Shown here: in pieces, positions 46,301-54,899 of the stretch | Layout: each line of letters starts with the position of its first letter | Numbering within the stretch: position 1 is the stretch's first letter | Origin: Candidatus Babelota bacterium | Lineage (GTDB): Bacteria; Babelota; Babeliae; Babelales; Chromulinivoraceae | Assembly (NCBI GenBank): GCA_026389025.1 | Contig: JAPLIQ010000022.1 | Location: 1,946 to 65,945 of the forward strand | DNA: 64,000 nt | Reading direction: 5' to 3' | The notes under the pieces: generated by a model | What the model was told of the DNA's origin: nothing | The model's input: only the letters and a program-made list of their open reading frames with translations | The model's database searches: none | Made by a program: the position numbers and the translations under genes

Positions 46301-46425
46301 TTTACTTCTAATTGAATAATTGCATTTTCTTGCAAACTCATGATTGAGCCAGCTAGTGGCTTTTGAGAAATAATCGTTAAGTCTTGTTTGTATGGCGGTA
46401 TGAGTTTTTGGTTTTTATGAAAAAC
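46297..46425 (-). pseudogene. out-of-frame remainder of the third PASTA domain
   Basis: The +1 frame reads (H)KNQKLIPPYKQDLTIISQKPLAGSIMSLQENAIIQLEVN*, a PASTA C-terminal half. It is joined to the main ORF by a 1-nt shift in the T5 run (plus-strand A5 at 46420-46424). Confidence 0.7.
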
Positions 46426-47008
46426 TTGAGTGATTTTTTAAAAACTCTACAACTTCCAGCAGATCTTTTGAAGTCAAGTCAGGCATGATATATTTATTGG
46501 TCTTATCTTGAGCGGTATACGCAATAATCTTTTTATCAATAATTGGTTGGCCTGATTGTGGAATTTGTCCAATACAGCTTCCCTTTGGAGCGCTATACTG
46601 CAGTCCATACGTCTTAAGCTTTACTTTGTTTTCTTGTTTTAGTTCTTCAATAGCTTCTTGCGATTTTCCTAAAAAATCGGGAGCAAGGGCTGATTGTGGT
46701 AGTTTTGTAATCACTACAAAAATCGATTGATGTGATTTTATAAGACGACCAGCTGATGGTTTTTGGCTAATAATTGTTCCTGGCGCAGCGCCCGGACAAT
46801 CCTTTTCAGCGATAAGCTGAATGGTGATGTGATAAGGGGACGTTTCTTCAACAGCTTGATGAAGCGACAAGCCAATGAGCTGGGGAGTGTTGTACGTTTT
46901 ATTGCCAATGAGCAGATTGCATAACACGTAGCCTAAGAAAAAGCATAAGAACGGAGCGAGGGCAAGGAGATATTTTTGAAACTGACCGATTTGTTTTAAA
47001 AATTTCAT
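46415..47008 (-). CDS. membrane-anchored stand-alone PASTA-domain protein (two complete PASTA domains plus a truncated third)
   Basis: TM anchor, then repeats ending ...GTIISQKPSAGRLIKSHQSIFVVITK and ...GSCIGQIPQSGQPIIDKKIIAYTAQ. Start moved to 47008 because the track's extension to 47101 overlaps RNase P RNA. Confidence 0.7.
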   Translation of the reverse strand: MKFLKQIGQFQKYLLALAPFLCFFLGYVLCNLLIGNKTYNTPQLIGLSLHQAVEETSPYHITIQLIAEKDCPGAAPGTIISQKPSAGRLIKSHQSIFVVITKLPQSALAPDFLGKSQEAIEELKQENKVKLKTYGLQYSAPKGSCIGQIPQSGQPIIDKKIIAYTAQDKTNKYIMPDLTSKDLLEVVEFLKNHSSFS

Positions 47009-47048
47009 TAAGCGATCTTTTCTTAAAAAGAGTGGTATAAAAAAACAT

Positions 47049-47403
47049 GGCAGACAATAAGCCGGATTCTGTGCTGCAAATTGCTTTGCAGTGGCAACCA
47101 TTTATCTATGCGACATACCCGTAAGTACGGTATCAAGCGACCTGCTTACATACTTTGTCTTGCTCCTGGTGGGGTTTGCCTATACTAATGCATTACTACA
47201 TTAATCCGTGTGCTCTTACCACACATTTTCACCCTTACTCTCAATCTTTCGACTGAAAGCGGTTATTTTCTGTGGCACTTTCCGTAAATTATTTCTAACT
47301 TCCCTTAGTTAAACCTTTTGAGGGGTCTCCTAAGGCACCATGCTTGAAGGGAGTCCGGACTTTCCTCTCGTAAATAAATTTACAAGCGATTGCCTAGTCT
47401 GCC
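47049..47403 (-). ncRNA. rnpB: RNase P RNA, bacterial type A
   Basis: The minus strand reads GGCAGAC...GAGGAAAGUCCGGACUC...GGUGCC...ACAGAAA...GUAAGGGUGAAA..GUGGUAAGAGCACAC...GCAAACCCCACCAGGAGCAAG...AGAUAAAUGG...ACAGAAUCCGGCUUAUUGUCUGCC. The universal P4 strands and the P1 closing helix (GGCAGAC/GUCUGCC) are present. Confidence 0.9.
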
Positions 47404-47560
47404 AATTCTTTTATATTTTTGAGTTATTTCTAGTGTAGCACAAGAGATCTCGAAATCAAAGAGGTTGACCTCGTTGTGGTTACCTATTTGTTAAAGCGAA
47501 AAAAGTTGATGCAATAAATCGTTTTCCTAGGGCCCGTTCTTTTATATCGTGTCTGTTTTC

Positions 47561-47588
47561 TTGACAAAGGGGTCCTGTTTGCTAATAT
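47561..47588 (+). promoter_or_regulatory. candidate sigma70-type promoter for 47654
   Basis: TTGACA, 16-nt spacer, TAATAT. Confidence 0.45.
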
Positions 47589-47653
47589 GGCTACGATCAA
47601 GACCCAGAGAGTAAATTCAAAGAAATTTCTAACATTTTTTTAAAAGGAAACAC

Positions 47654-47914
47654 ATGAAAAAATTAGTACTTTTAGTTGCATTGGTAACAATGAGCTCAGC
47701 AGTTTTGCCTTCTGAAGCGACACCATCAACATCAAGATTTTCTTGCCCTATGCCAGCTTGCATCAAATCTATGCCATCTAGCCTAGACGCAGTAATCAGA
47801 AACAATCCATACTATGCTATGGTTTTTGCAGCAGTTGCTGCAGTTGTTGCAACTAAAGCAGTAGATGCTTACATTGCAAACCAAGAAGAATCAGACGAAG
47901 AATACTTCGCTTAA
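47654..47914 (+). CDS. small secreted / C-terminally anchored protein with acidic tail
   Basis: 86 aa. Signal peptide MKKLVLLVALVTMSSAVLPSEA. Ala/Val-rich helix FAAVAAVVATKAV. Confidence 0.55.
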   Translation: MKKLVLLVALVTMSSAVLPSEATPSTSRFSCPMPACIKSMPSSLDAVIRNNPYYAMVFAAVAAVVATKAVDAYIANQEESDEEYFA

Positions 47915-47936
47915 TTGCATTGATTATTTAAATCAG

Positions 47937-47966
47937 AAAAAGCCGTAAGAAATTACGGCTTTTTTG
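47937..47966 (+). terminator. rho-independent terminator
   Basis: AGCCGTAA-GAAA-TTACGGCT followed by TTTTTT. Confidence 0.7.
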
Positions 47967-48044
47967 TTGTCCTGTTTGCTGCTACCATTTCTTTTTGATA
48001 TCGTATAAACACCTTACTGTACCTATTTTCAACGATGAAATATC

Positions 48045-49022
48045 ATGAAGAAATTACTGAATCTCATCTTTTTTTTTACAAGTTTTTCTGCCTACAGTGC
48101 AGAGTGTACAATCTTTGCTCATGGAATTGTTGATGGTCCTACTCAAGTGGTACGATTTCAAGAAGCTATAGCCACATCCAAAACCCTTGCTTTAAGTTTT
48201 CCTGACGCGCACCCAGCCTCAGGTTGCTTACTCAATGGCATTATTGGATATCTCACCAATTGCTTTGGTAAAAAAGTTAATAGGGATGCTATGTTTATGG
48301 GGCAATCGGCCGATATTGCAACGATCGTAGAAACAATGTCAGATCAGACATCTTGTGAAAGTTCAGTTATTTTATATGGATGCTCTCGTGGTGCTGCTGC
48401 CATCATCAATTACATGTCACAATGTAATCCAACTCAAGTAAAAGCTTTAGTTCTTGATGCATGCCCAGCAAGCATTTCAGAAACCATTGCACCTACACTG
48501 GCAAAGTTAGGAATCAATCCATCATTAAGTCTTTCAGTGTTTACAACAATTTTTCCTGCATACCCAGAAAATAGCATAACGCCACGTCAAGCAATCAAAA
48601 ATATTGCCAATAAAAACCTTCCTATTCTGTTAATTCACGGTAAATCTGACACCGTTGTTCCCTATGAGCACTCATTAATGCTCTACCTTGAATTTAAAAA
48701 ACAAGGTTTCACCAATGTTCATTTGGTCACAATTTCACAAGGAAAACATAGCTTCTTGCTTCAAAACGAATATGCAAAATCGCAATATTTGACCGCGGTC
48801 CATAGTTTTTATAAGGCTTACGGTTTAAGCCATGATCCAACATGGGCAAAGGATACATGTGATACTGATAACCCAGATTTTGCAGGTATTGCAGAAAAAA
48901 TCAGTATTTACGAAACAAATATTTTAAGGCTGCATGAATATGGTAAAAAAAGAAATTTAATAGCTATTGCCAGTCTAGTAACCATTATGAGCCTTTTATA
49001 TCTAAAAAACCACAGGGGTTAA
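48045..49022 (+). CDS. secreted alpha/beta-hydrolase (dienelactone hydrolase/peptidase S9-like) with C-terminal TM anchor
   Basis: Signal peptide. GCSRGAA nucleophile elbow, LLIHGKSDTVVP (Asp), GKHSF (His). C-terminal LIAIASLVTIMSLLYL. Confidence 0.6.
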   Translation: MKKLLNLIFFFTSFSAYSAECTIFAHGIVDGPTQVVRFQEAIATSKTLALSFPDAHPASGCLLNGIIGYLTNCFGKKVNRDAMFMGQSADIATIVETMSDQTSCESSVILYGCSRGAAAIINYMSQCNPTQVKALVLDACPASISETIAPTLAKLGINPSLSLSVFTTIFPAYPENSITPRQAIKNIANKNLPILLIHGKSDTVVPYEHSLMLYLEFKKQGFTNVHLVTISQGKHSFLLQNEYAKSQYLTAVHSFYKAYGLSHDPTWAKDTCDTDNPDFAGIAEKISIYETNILRLHEYGKKRNLIAIASLVTIMSLLYLKNHRG

Positions 49023-49255
49023 AGGCCTTGAGAGCAGAAGATTGCAATGAAACCCCAACAAAGCAAGATGGTAGGTCGTAAGACAAGTCCTATGCAGTAA
49101 GGGTTATGATACTTACAGAAATAGCGATTCAATCATGAAATCCAAGCAGTCTCCTTAAAACACCCCCACCCCTTTTGAGCAAATACCATGGTTTTGGTAT
49201 ACTTATAATGTGTCAAAATTACAATAATTTAGACCATCGAAATAAAGGAAGTTAT

Positions 49256-49531
49256 ATGAAAAAATTATTAATGTTTATGTCAGTTCTTATGATTGGTTCA
49301 CAAATACGACCATCTCAAGAAAATCGTGCTACAGCAGTGATGGCAACCTTTGGGACTGTTGCGGTTTACTCAGCCAGCCAAGGAAGCTTGCGTGATGCCG
49401 CAATCGTTGCAATGTCGGGTGCTAGTATTGCTACAATAGTAAACGCATGCGAGAATCCTACTTTTGAAAACAAAAGTTTAGCTGTTGTAACTTACATAGC
49501 AAGTTATATCGCAGCTAGACTCATAAAATAA
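49256..49531 (+). CDS. small secreted Gly/Ala/Ser-rich hydrophobic protein
   Basis: AAGGAAG SD before the ATG at 49256. MKKLLMFMSVLMIGSQ signal. The track's start at 49175 (TTG) is less likely. Confidence 0.55.
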   Translation: MKKLLMFMSVLMIGSQIRPSQENRATAVMATFGTVAVYSASQGSLRDAAIVAMSGASIATIVNACENPTFENKSLAVVTYIASYIAARLIK

Positions 49532-49551
49532 ACAATACATAATCACGATTC

Positions 49552-49592
49552 AACGACCCGTATGAGATTTTATAGTTTCATATGGGTCGTTA
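49552..49592 (+). terminator. long hairpin, probable terminator
   Basis: AACGACCCGTATGA...TCATATGGGTCGTT, a 14-bp stem with one G-U pair and a weak T tract. Confidence 0.4.
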
Positions 49593-49721
49593 TCATTTAA
49601 GCCTGTTTCCAGCGCTATAAAGCGAGGCTACCCTTTTGCGCAAAATGGTAGATATGGTAGAATTATAGTAAGAAGATGTAGTAATAAGTGGCTTTAGGAG
49701 CCAAAAACGGAGGTTAATCTT

Positions 49722-50504
49722 ATGAAGAATTTTAAGAAAATATCATTATCTTTAAGTATCGTATTTGGCTTATCAGCTATCAGTGCTCTTTGCGGAGCAG
49801 AAACTGAAAAAGTTTTGATTTATCATACAGTTAAAGATGAAACAGCTTTGAAAAGTGTTAAGCAAAATGGTCTTTATTGCAGTTTTGGTCTTATGAGTAG
49901 GCCATGGTTGAACAAAAAATTACATCCTGATCTAAGCTATATGCAATTGACTAAGGGTACGCTCTCTTTTTTAGCTTATTATGCTTATCAAAAAATGAAT
50001 AAAAAATTAGGCTTTAGTGATCAATGGGATGTTGTTTATTTTAAGCCAGAAGAGCCCGATATCAAAACAATCGCCAACTTTGCAATCCAAGTAGATCCAA
50101 ATAGTACCTACGTTTATAATTTGAATTATAGGGGTGGTATAGATTATGATTCTACAGATGAATATCAAGAAACTGATAAATTATATCGTCAATCTCGAGT
50201 TTTATTGTCTCAATATTTAAAATATTTAGATGAAGCAAAGCAAATGGTTGCAGCACGAACTGATCTTGAAGTTCAGCTGGATCCAGAAACTGCTTGTCCT
50301 TTTTATTTAGAATTAAATGATCCAAGGAAAAATCAGGTTAAAATTAATGGACAATGGGTTGAAAATGAAGGCATAGGCTGTAGTAATTATTCTGGAGAGG
50401 TTATTATTGCTCGAAGTCATATTCCTGCTTGCGAATTAATACCAGTGCAAGATAATATTGGAGATTGGTCGGACTGCAAGCCTGTTAAAAATATTTCAAG
50501 ATAG
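49722..50504 (+). CDS. hypothetical secreted protein
   Basis: 260 aa. GGAGG SD. Signal peptide LSIVFGLSAISALCGA. Confidence 0.5.
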   Translation: MKNFKKISLSLSIVFGLSAISALCGAETEKVLIYHTVKDETALKSVKQNGLYCSFGLMSRPWLNKKLHPDLSYMQLTKGTLSFLAYYAYQKMNKKLGFSDQWDVVYFKPEEPDIKTIANFAIQVDPNSTYVYNLNYRGGIDYDSTDEYQETDKLYRQSRVLLSQYLKYLDEAKQMVAARTDLEVQLDPETACPFYLELNDPRKNQVKINGQWVENEGIGCSNYSGEVIIARSHIPACELIPVQDNIGDWSDCKPVKNISR

Positions 50505-50544
50505 TATTTATAGCTGTTTGAAAAATAGTCTCGTAAAAAATTAG

Positions 50545-50575
50545 AAACCACTCAGCTTATTGGGTGGTTTTTTTA
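50545..50575. terminator. bidirectional terminator between convergent genes
   Basis: AACCACTCA-loop-TGGGTGGTT followed by TTTTTT. Confidence 0.55.
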
Positions 50576-50587
50576 TGTCTATATTTT

Positions 50588-51043
50588 TTAATCATGAAAT
50601 GGTTGATTAGCAATGCGCCATACAGCGACAAATATGCAGCAATTTACGATCGTTGCCCAGATCAGGGCAAGTGGGTGCAGCGGGTATTTTAGAAATACAA
50701 AAAATATAACTGTATAAAAAAGTTCGTATGAAAAAATAAGAAAGCAGGGGCCTGCGACTTTATTGTACAAATCTTTTTTTGTTTTGAGCAGGAACCAGGA
50801 TAAAGGGACTGCAAAAATAAACGTGAGTCCAGCCATGCCAGTGGCAATAAAAGTTAAGCAGTCAAGAAAAAATAGGAGAGCTGCAAGGGTTACTGTGGAA
50901 GCGCTGGTAAACAATGTGTAGGCGTAAGCAATAAGCAGTGGTTGCACGATAGGGCTATGTTCAAAGCGCAAAAGGCATAGCTGCAGACAAAAAAGGGTAA
51001 TGAGCGCGAGTGATTTAATAAAAATTTTAAAATAAAGTTTCAT
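50588..51043 (-). CDS. hypothetical small multi-pass membrane protein
   Basis: 151 aa, about 5 TM segments. Size and topology are compatible with MreD, but there is no sequence support. Confidence 0.45.
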   Translation of the reverse strand: MKLYFKIFIKSLALITLFCLQLCLLRFEHSPIVQPLLIAYAYTLFTSASTVTLAALLFFLDCLTFIATGMAGLTFIFAVPLSWFLLKTKKDLYNKVAGPCFLIFSYELFYTVIFFVFLKYPLHPLALIWATIVNCCIFVAVWRIANQPFHD

Positions 51044-51139
51044 GTGATAAAATCTTTTCTACCAGCCATAATTTCGAAATCAAATAAATATATGTTATAG
51101 TAAAACATATTTATCTTAAATTTAAAAATATTGCTATTC

Positions 51140-53089
51140 ATGCGTACTTTTCTTTCAAAAATAATTTTTACATTATTCTTTTTAGCTGTTTTCTTTTTGG
51201 GATTCGGTTGTTTTTTTCTCCATAATCATACGGTTGATTTTTCTGCGTTGCAACAAGATATGCGGGGCAAGCCTTCTATTCTTTTAGATGAGCAGGGCCG
51301 CGAGTGGGGCCGGTTTCAATCTGATAAACGAAAATATGTTTTACTCGAAACAATGCCCGAGCATTTGATACAAGCATTTTTGGTTACCGAAGATAGAGAC
51401 TTTTTTTGCCATCCTGGAATTTCATTTCGCGGAATTTTACGTTCAATTCTTGTAAATTTGTATCGAGGAAAAAAAGTACAGGGCGCAAGTACCATTACTC
51501 AGCAGCTGGTAAAGTTACTTTTTTTCCACTCAGATAAGACTTTTAGCAGAAAAATTAAAGAACAACTTTATGCTATTTTGGTCGAACGCCAATGGAGCAA
51601 GGAACAAATCTTAGAAGCATATTTAAATAATGTTTATTTTGGTTATGGAATTTATGGTGTCCAAGCTGCATCGCAGCGATTTTGGGGTAAAGATATTGCC
51701 GATGTAACCGTTGAACAAGCAGCAACGCTTGCAAGCATCATGCGTTCACCTCAATTTTATTCTCCAATTCATGCACCAACCGCCGTAACGAAACGACGCA
51801 ATATGATTTTGCGTATGATGCAAGATTTTAAAATGATAACGGCTGACCAATATCGACAATCGATTGCTCAAGATTTAAACGTAAAAGATCCAGAAAGCAA
51901 TATCATTGCTCCGCATTTAAAAGAAACTATACGAATATTTCTTGAAAATTTGGTTGGCAAAGAAATGCTTTATGGTGGCGGGCTAACTATTGCAACAACA
52001 CTGAATATTGAAATGCAAAAATCCTGCCAAAAAGCATTTATAAACCACATACAATTTTTAAAGCAGACACTGCATGAAGAGGTTGATGGAGGGCTTGTTT
52101 CAATCGACTCTGCTACCGGAGAAATACGAGCAATGATCGGTGGGTTTGATTTTACTCAATCGAAATTTAACCGAGCAATGCAGGCTCGTCGACAAATGGG
52201 ATCTGTGTTTAAGGTTTTTGTGTACGGAGCAGCTCTTGAAAAAGGACTGCATTTTTCTGATGTTGAAATTGATGAACCGATTGAATTGATACAGGGAAAT
52301 ACTCCTTGGCGCCCTGAAAATCACGACAAAAAGTTTCGTGGTCCTATGACCAGGGCGTATGCATTGTCTCATTCAAACAATACAGTAACCATTAAAACGT
52401 TGCTACAAACGGGCGTCTCAAACGTTATTGACATGGCAAAAAGGTGTCATATTGCTGCTCCAATGCAACCGTATCCGTCACTTGCCTTAGGGTGTGTTGA
52501 TGTAACGGTTATGGAAGTGGTTGGATCTTTTAATGTGATGGTCAATCACGGAAAATACGTGCAGCCACATTTTTTACGTTGGGTGAAAAACAGTATGGGC
52601 AAAAAAATATATAAAAGCTCAGTAGTAAAACAACAAGTCTTAGATCCTAAGATTGCATCACAAATTGCTCGAGTATTGACGTTTGGTATCGAGCGGTTAA
52701 AAAAAGTTATGGGAGTAAAGTGGTTTGGTGGAAAAGCGTTAGGCAAGTCTGGAACTGTCAATGATTCAAGAACAAGTTGGTTTTGTGGAGCGACGCCAGA
52801 ATTGACGACGGCAATTTATATTGGTTGTGACCATAATCAATCGCTGGGGCAAAATATGTATGGCTCAAAAACAGCTTTTCCTATTTGGTTTCGTTTCCAC
52901 GATGGATTTGAGACAAACAAAGATGAAGCAAAAAGTGATGAGCAAAATCAGGAAGAGCAAAAGAAAATTGAAAAAAAGAAAACAGAATTCTATTATGATC
53001 CTGGACTTCATGAAGTTTTGATTGATTGGAAAACTGGACAACGAACTACTGATAAAAATAATCCTGACGTAGTTTCTTTGTTGGAGTAA
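51140..53089 (+). CDS. class A penicillin-binding protein (glycosyltransferase + transpeptidase)
   Basis: GT51 motifs EDRDFFCHPG, GASTITQQ and RKIKE. Transpeptidase motifs SVFK, SHSNN and KSGT. Confidence 0.9.
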   Translation: MRTFLSKIIFTLFFLAVFFLGFGCFFLHNHTVDFSALQQDMRGKPSILLDEQGREWGRFQSDKRKYVLLETMPEHLIQAFLVTEDRDFFCHPGISFRGILRSILVNLYRGKKVQGASTITQQLVKLLFFHSDKTFSRKIKEQLYAILVERQWSKEQILEAYLNNVYFGYGIYGVQAASQRFWGKDIADVTVEQAATLASIMRSPQFYSPIHAPTAVTKRRNMILRMMQDFKMITADQYRQSIAQDLNVKDPESNIIAPHLKETIRIFLENLVGKEMLYGGGLTIATTLNIEMQKSCQKAFINHIQFLKQTLHEEVDGGLVSIDSATGEIRAMIGGFDFTQSKFNRAMQARRQMGSVFKVFVYGAALEKGLHFSDVEIDEPIELIQGNTPWRPENHDKKFRGPMTRAYALSHSNNTVTIKTLLQTGVSNVIDMAKRCHIAAPMQPYPSLALGCVDVTVMEVVGSFNVMVNHGKYVQPHFLRWVKNSMGKKIYKSSVVKQQVLDPKIASQIARVLTFGIERLKKVMGVKWFGGKALGKSGTVNDSRTSWFCGATPELTTAIYIGCDHNQSLGQNMYGSKTAFPIWFRFHDGFETNKDEAKSDEQNQEEQKKIEKKKTEFYYDPGLHEVLIDWKTGQRTTDKNNPDVVSLLE

Positions 53090-53115
53090 AGTAAAAACTT
53101 AAAAAAAGGAAAAGT

Positions 53116-54897
53116 ATGTGTAGTAAGCGTTCTCTTTTATTTATTCTCTGTTCTATGCCTTTTATGATGCGTGCCGAAAGTGTTCTCGATACCTTTAAGG
53201 GTATTGGAAGTGCCATAGAAAGTTTTCCTCTGTTTAAAGCATCTACATGGGAAGGAATGGGTAAAGCGTTTGGGGCGCCACCAACAGGTTATGTGTATAG
53301 CTTTTCAGTGTACAATGATTCACCATTGCCTGTGTACATCGGCATGCAAAGACTGGTTTCAATCATGGGTGGTACTTTTCCCAGAGCACAAGGCTGGAGC
53401 TGGATTCCAAATGAAACTGGCATTGCTCCCTTTAGTAGCTATAAGACGCTTACGCCCGTAGATTATTATTTCGAACTTTTTATCCAATCTTTGCCTACGG
53501 AACCTTCAAATCATATGCCGTATCAGATGTATCCTTATGTTTTATACTTGCAAGATGTGATTCAATTACAAGAAAAGCATTCAACGACAATGAATTATTT
53601 CCGTACGTACATGGGTAAAGAGTTGCAAAATGGAGCTTATGTTCACAGACTTAAAGCAGAATATTTGGGTGGGTATACTCCTCAGGCTGCAGGATCCAAA
53701 GCTGATCCAGGAGTGACTATGAGTTCAAATCTTTCAGCGTTAACGCTAAGAAATAGTACCGACCAAGATTATTATGTTGGCTACATCAATCAAGCCAACG
53801 CAACAACCATGACACAATCAACGTGTCAATTTTTTGCACTTGTTTGCAAAGATTCTTTCGCTCTTTACAATGCAGCTTCAGGCTCATCAATGCTTCCTGG
53901 AACCATTGGACTTTTTGATGCAACAACGAAGCAACTATTAAAAACATATAGCTTGCCAACTCAAATTTTTGATGGAAAAACTTATGTTTTAGAAATATAT
54001 CAAGACGCTGGTAAGCCACTGAGTATGGATATGCAAGGAATAATGCCTGGAAATTATGATGTAGCAATGGGGCGAATTTGCGACATTACGCCAGTATCGT
54101 GTGTGCTTTGGTTTCAGTCTATAGCTCAGTTGAAGTCACAGCAAAAAAGTCTTACCCCGTCTAACTATGTCGATTTACCTGGAAAAGTATGGATAGTTTC
54201 ATTTCTTACTTCTGCGACAACAAATACCAACCAACAAATTTTAGGCAATGTTGCAGTTGGTTCTGCTGGTCAATTTATCATTACTCGCCCGCAAGTAGAA
54301 AAAAAACTACAGCTTTATTTTATCTATGTAGATGAAATAGATGACGCAAAAGCTCAAGTTTTTATTCAGAATTTTATGAGCGGGACAATTGGTTCAGATA
54401 TGACTACTCTGTATCAACAGCAATCAGTACAACAAATGAAGTATGCAAAGGCGCATCAATTGGCTCAAGCAGTTACCAAAGGGTCAACTGCCCCAACTCC
54501 CCAAGCCTCTCAAGCATTGCTACAGCAAGCTATTGCAGGAGCTTTAACATTAAATCAAGGTCAGATTAAAGATCCAAGCTCAGGCATTACAGGATATTTA
54601 CTGGGTGGTGATGTTTTTTTACCGCAGGGAGTTGGATCAACAAACAATTATTATCAACTTAATCCATCACTGACTAATGCAGAAAATATTCCAAACGGGG
54701 CAGTTTCAAACTTATATGCATCGACGCTGAGTGGTACTGCTCCAGTGGGTATGCCAGCACCAACCGCTGCATTGGCAATTAACACAACGCCAGCTGCTCC
54801 AACGCAAGTTGCTACTTCTGCAGCAAGTGTTGCGACACCTGCAGTAAGTGCTGCGAAAAAAACATCGAGCGGGTCTAAAAAGAAGGCGAACAAGTAA
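53116..54897 (+). CDS. hypothetical secreted protein with Gln-rich and Ala/Pro/Thr-rich C-terminus and Lys tail
   Basis: 593 aa. AAGGAAAAG SD. Signal peptide. C-terminus ...APTQVATSAASVATPAVSAAKKTSSGSKKKANK. Confidence 0.5.
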   Translation: MCSKRSLLFILCSMPFMMRAESVLDTFKGIGSAIESFPLFKASTWEGMGKAFGAPPTGYVYSFSVYNDSPLPVYIGMQRLVSIMGGTFPRAQGWSWIPNETGIAPFSSYKTLTPVDYYFELFIQSLPTEPSNHMPYQMYPYVLYLQDVIQLQEKHSTTMNYFRTYMGKELQNGAYVHRLKAEYLGGYTPQAAGSKADPGVTMSSNLSALTLRNSTDQDYYVGYINQANATTMTQSTCQFFALVCKDSFALYNAASGSSMLPGTIGLFDATTKQLLKTYSLPTQIFDGKTYVLEIYQDAGKPLSMDMQGIMPGNYDVAMGRICDITPVSCVLWFQSIAQLKSQQKSLTPSNYVDLPGKVWIVSFLTSATTNTNQQILGNVAVGSAGQFIITRPQVEKKLQLYFIYVDEIDDAKAQVFIQNFMSGTIGSDMTTLYQQQSVQQMKYAKAHQLAQAVTKGSTAPTPQASQALLQQAIAGALTLNQGQIKDPSSGITGYLLGGDVFLPQGVGSTNNYYQLNPSLTNAENIPNGAVSNLYASTLSGTAPVGMPAPTAALAINTTPAAPTQVATSAASVATPAVSAAKKTSSGSKKKANK

Positions 54898-54899
54898 AA

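Noticed and set aside
46415-47101. 228-aa version of the PASTA protein
   Set aside because: The first 31 codons overlap the 3' part of RNase P RNA (P1/P4 strands). The Met at 47008 precedes a proper TM anchor.
49023-49175. Possible small RNA or riboswitch in the 230-nt gap after the hydrolase gene
   Set aside because: I could not match it to any conserved RNA signature (tRNA T-loop, tmRNA, SRP, 6S or common riboswitch cores), and I found no convincing extended helix. It is left unannotated. cmscan against Rfam would settle it.
50588-51043. Annotating the 151-aa membrane protein upstream of the PBP as MreD
   Set aside because: Only size, topology and loose neighbourhood fit. There is no recognisable conserved motif, and mreB and mreC are not adjacent.
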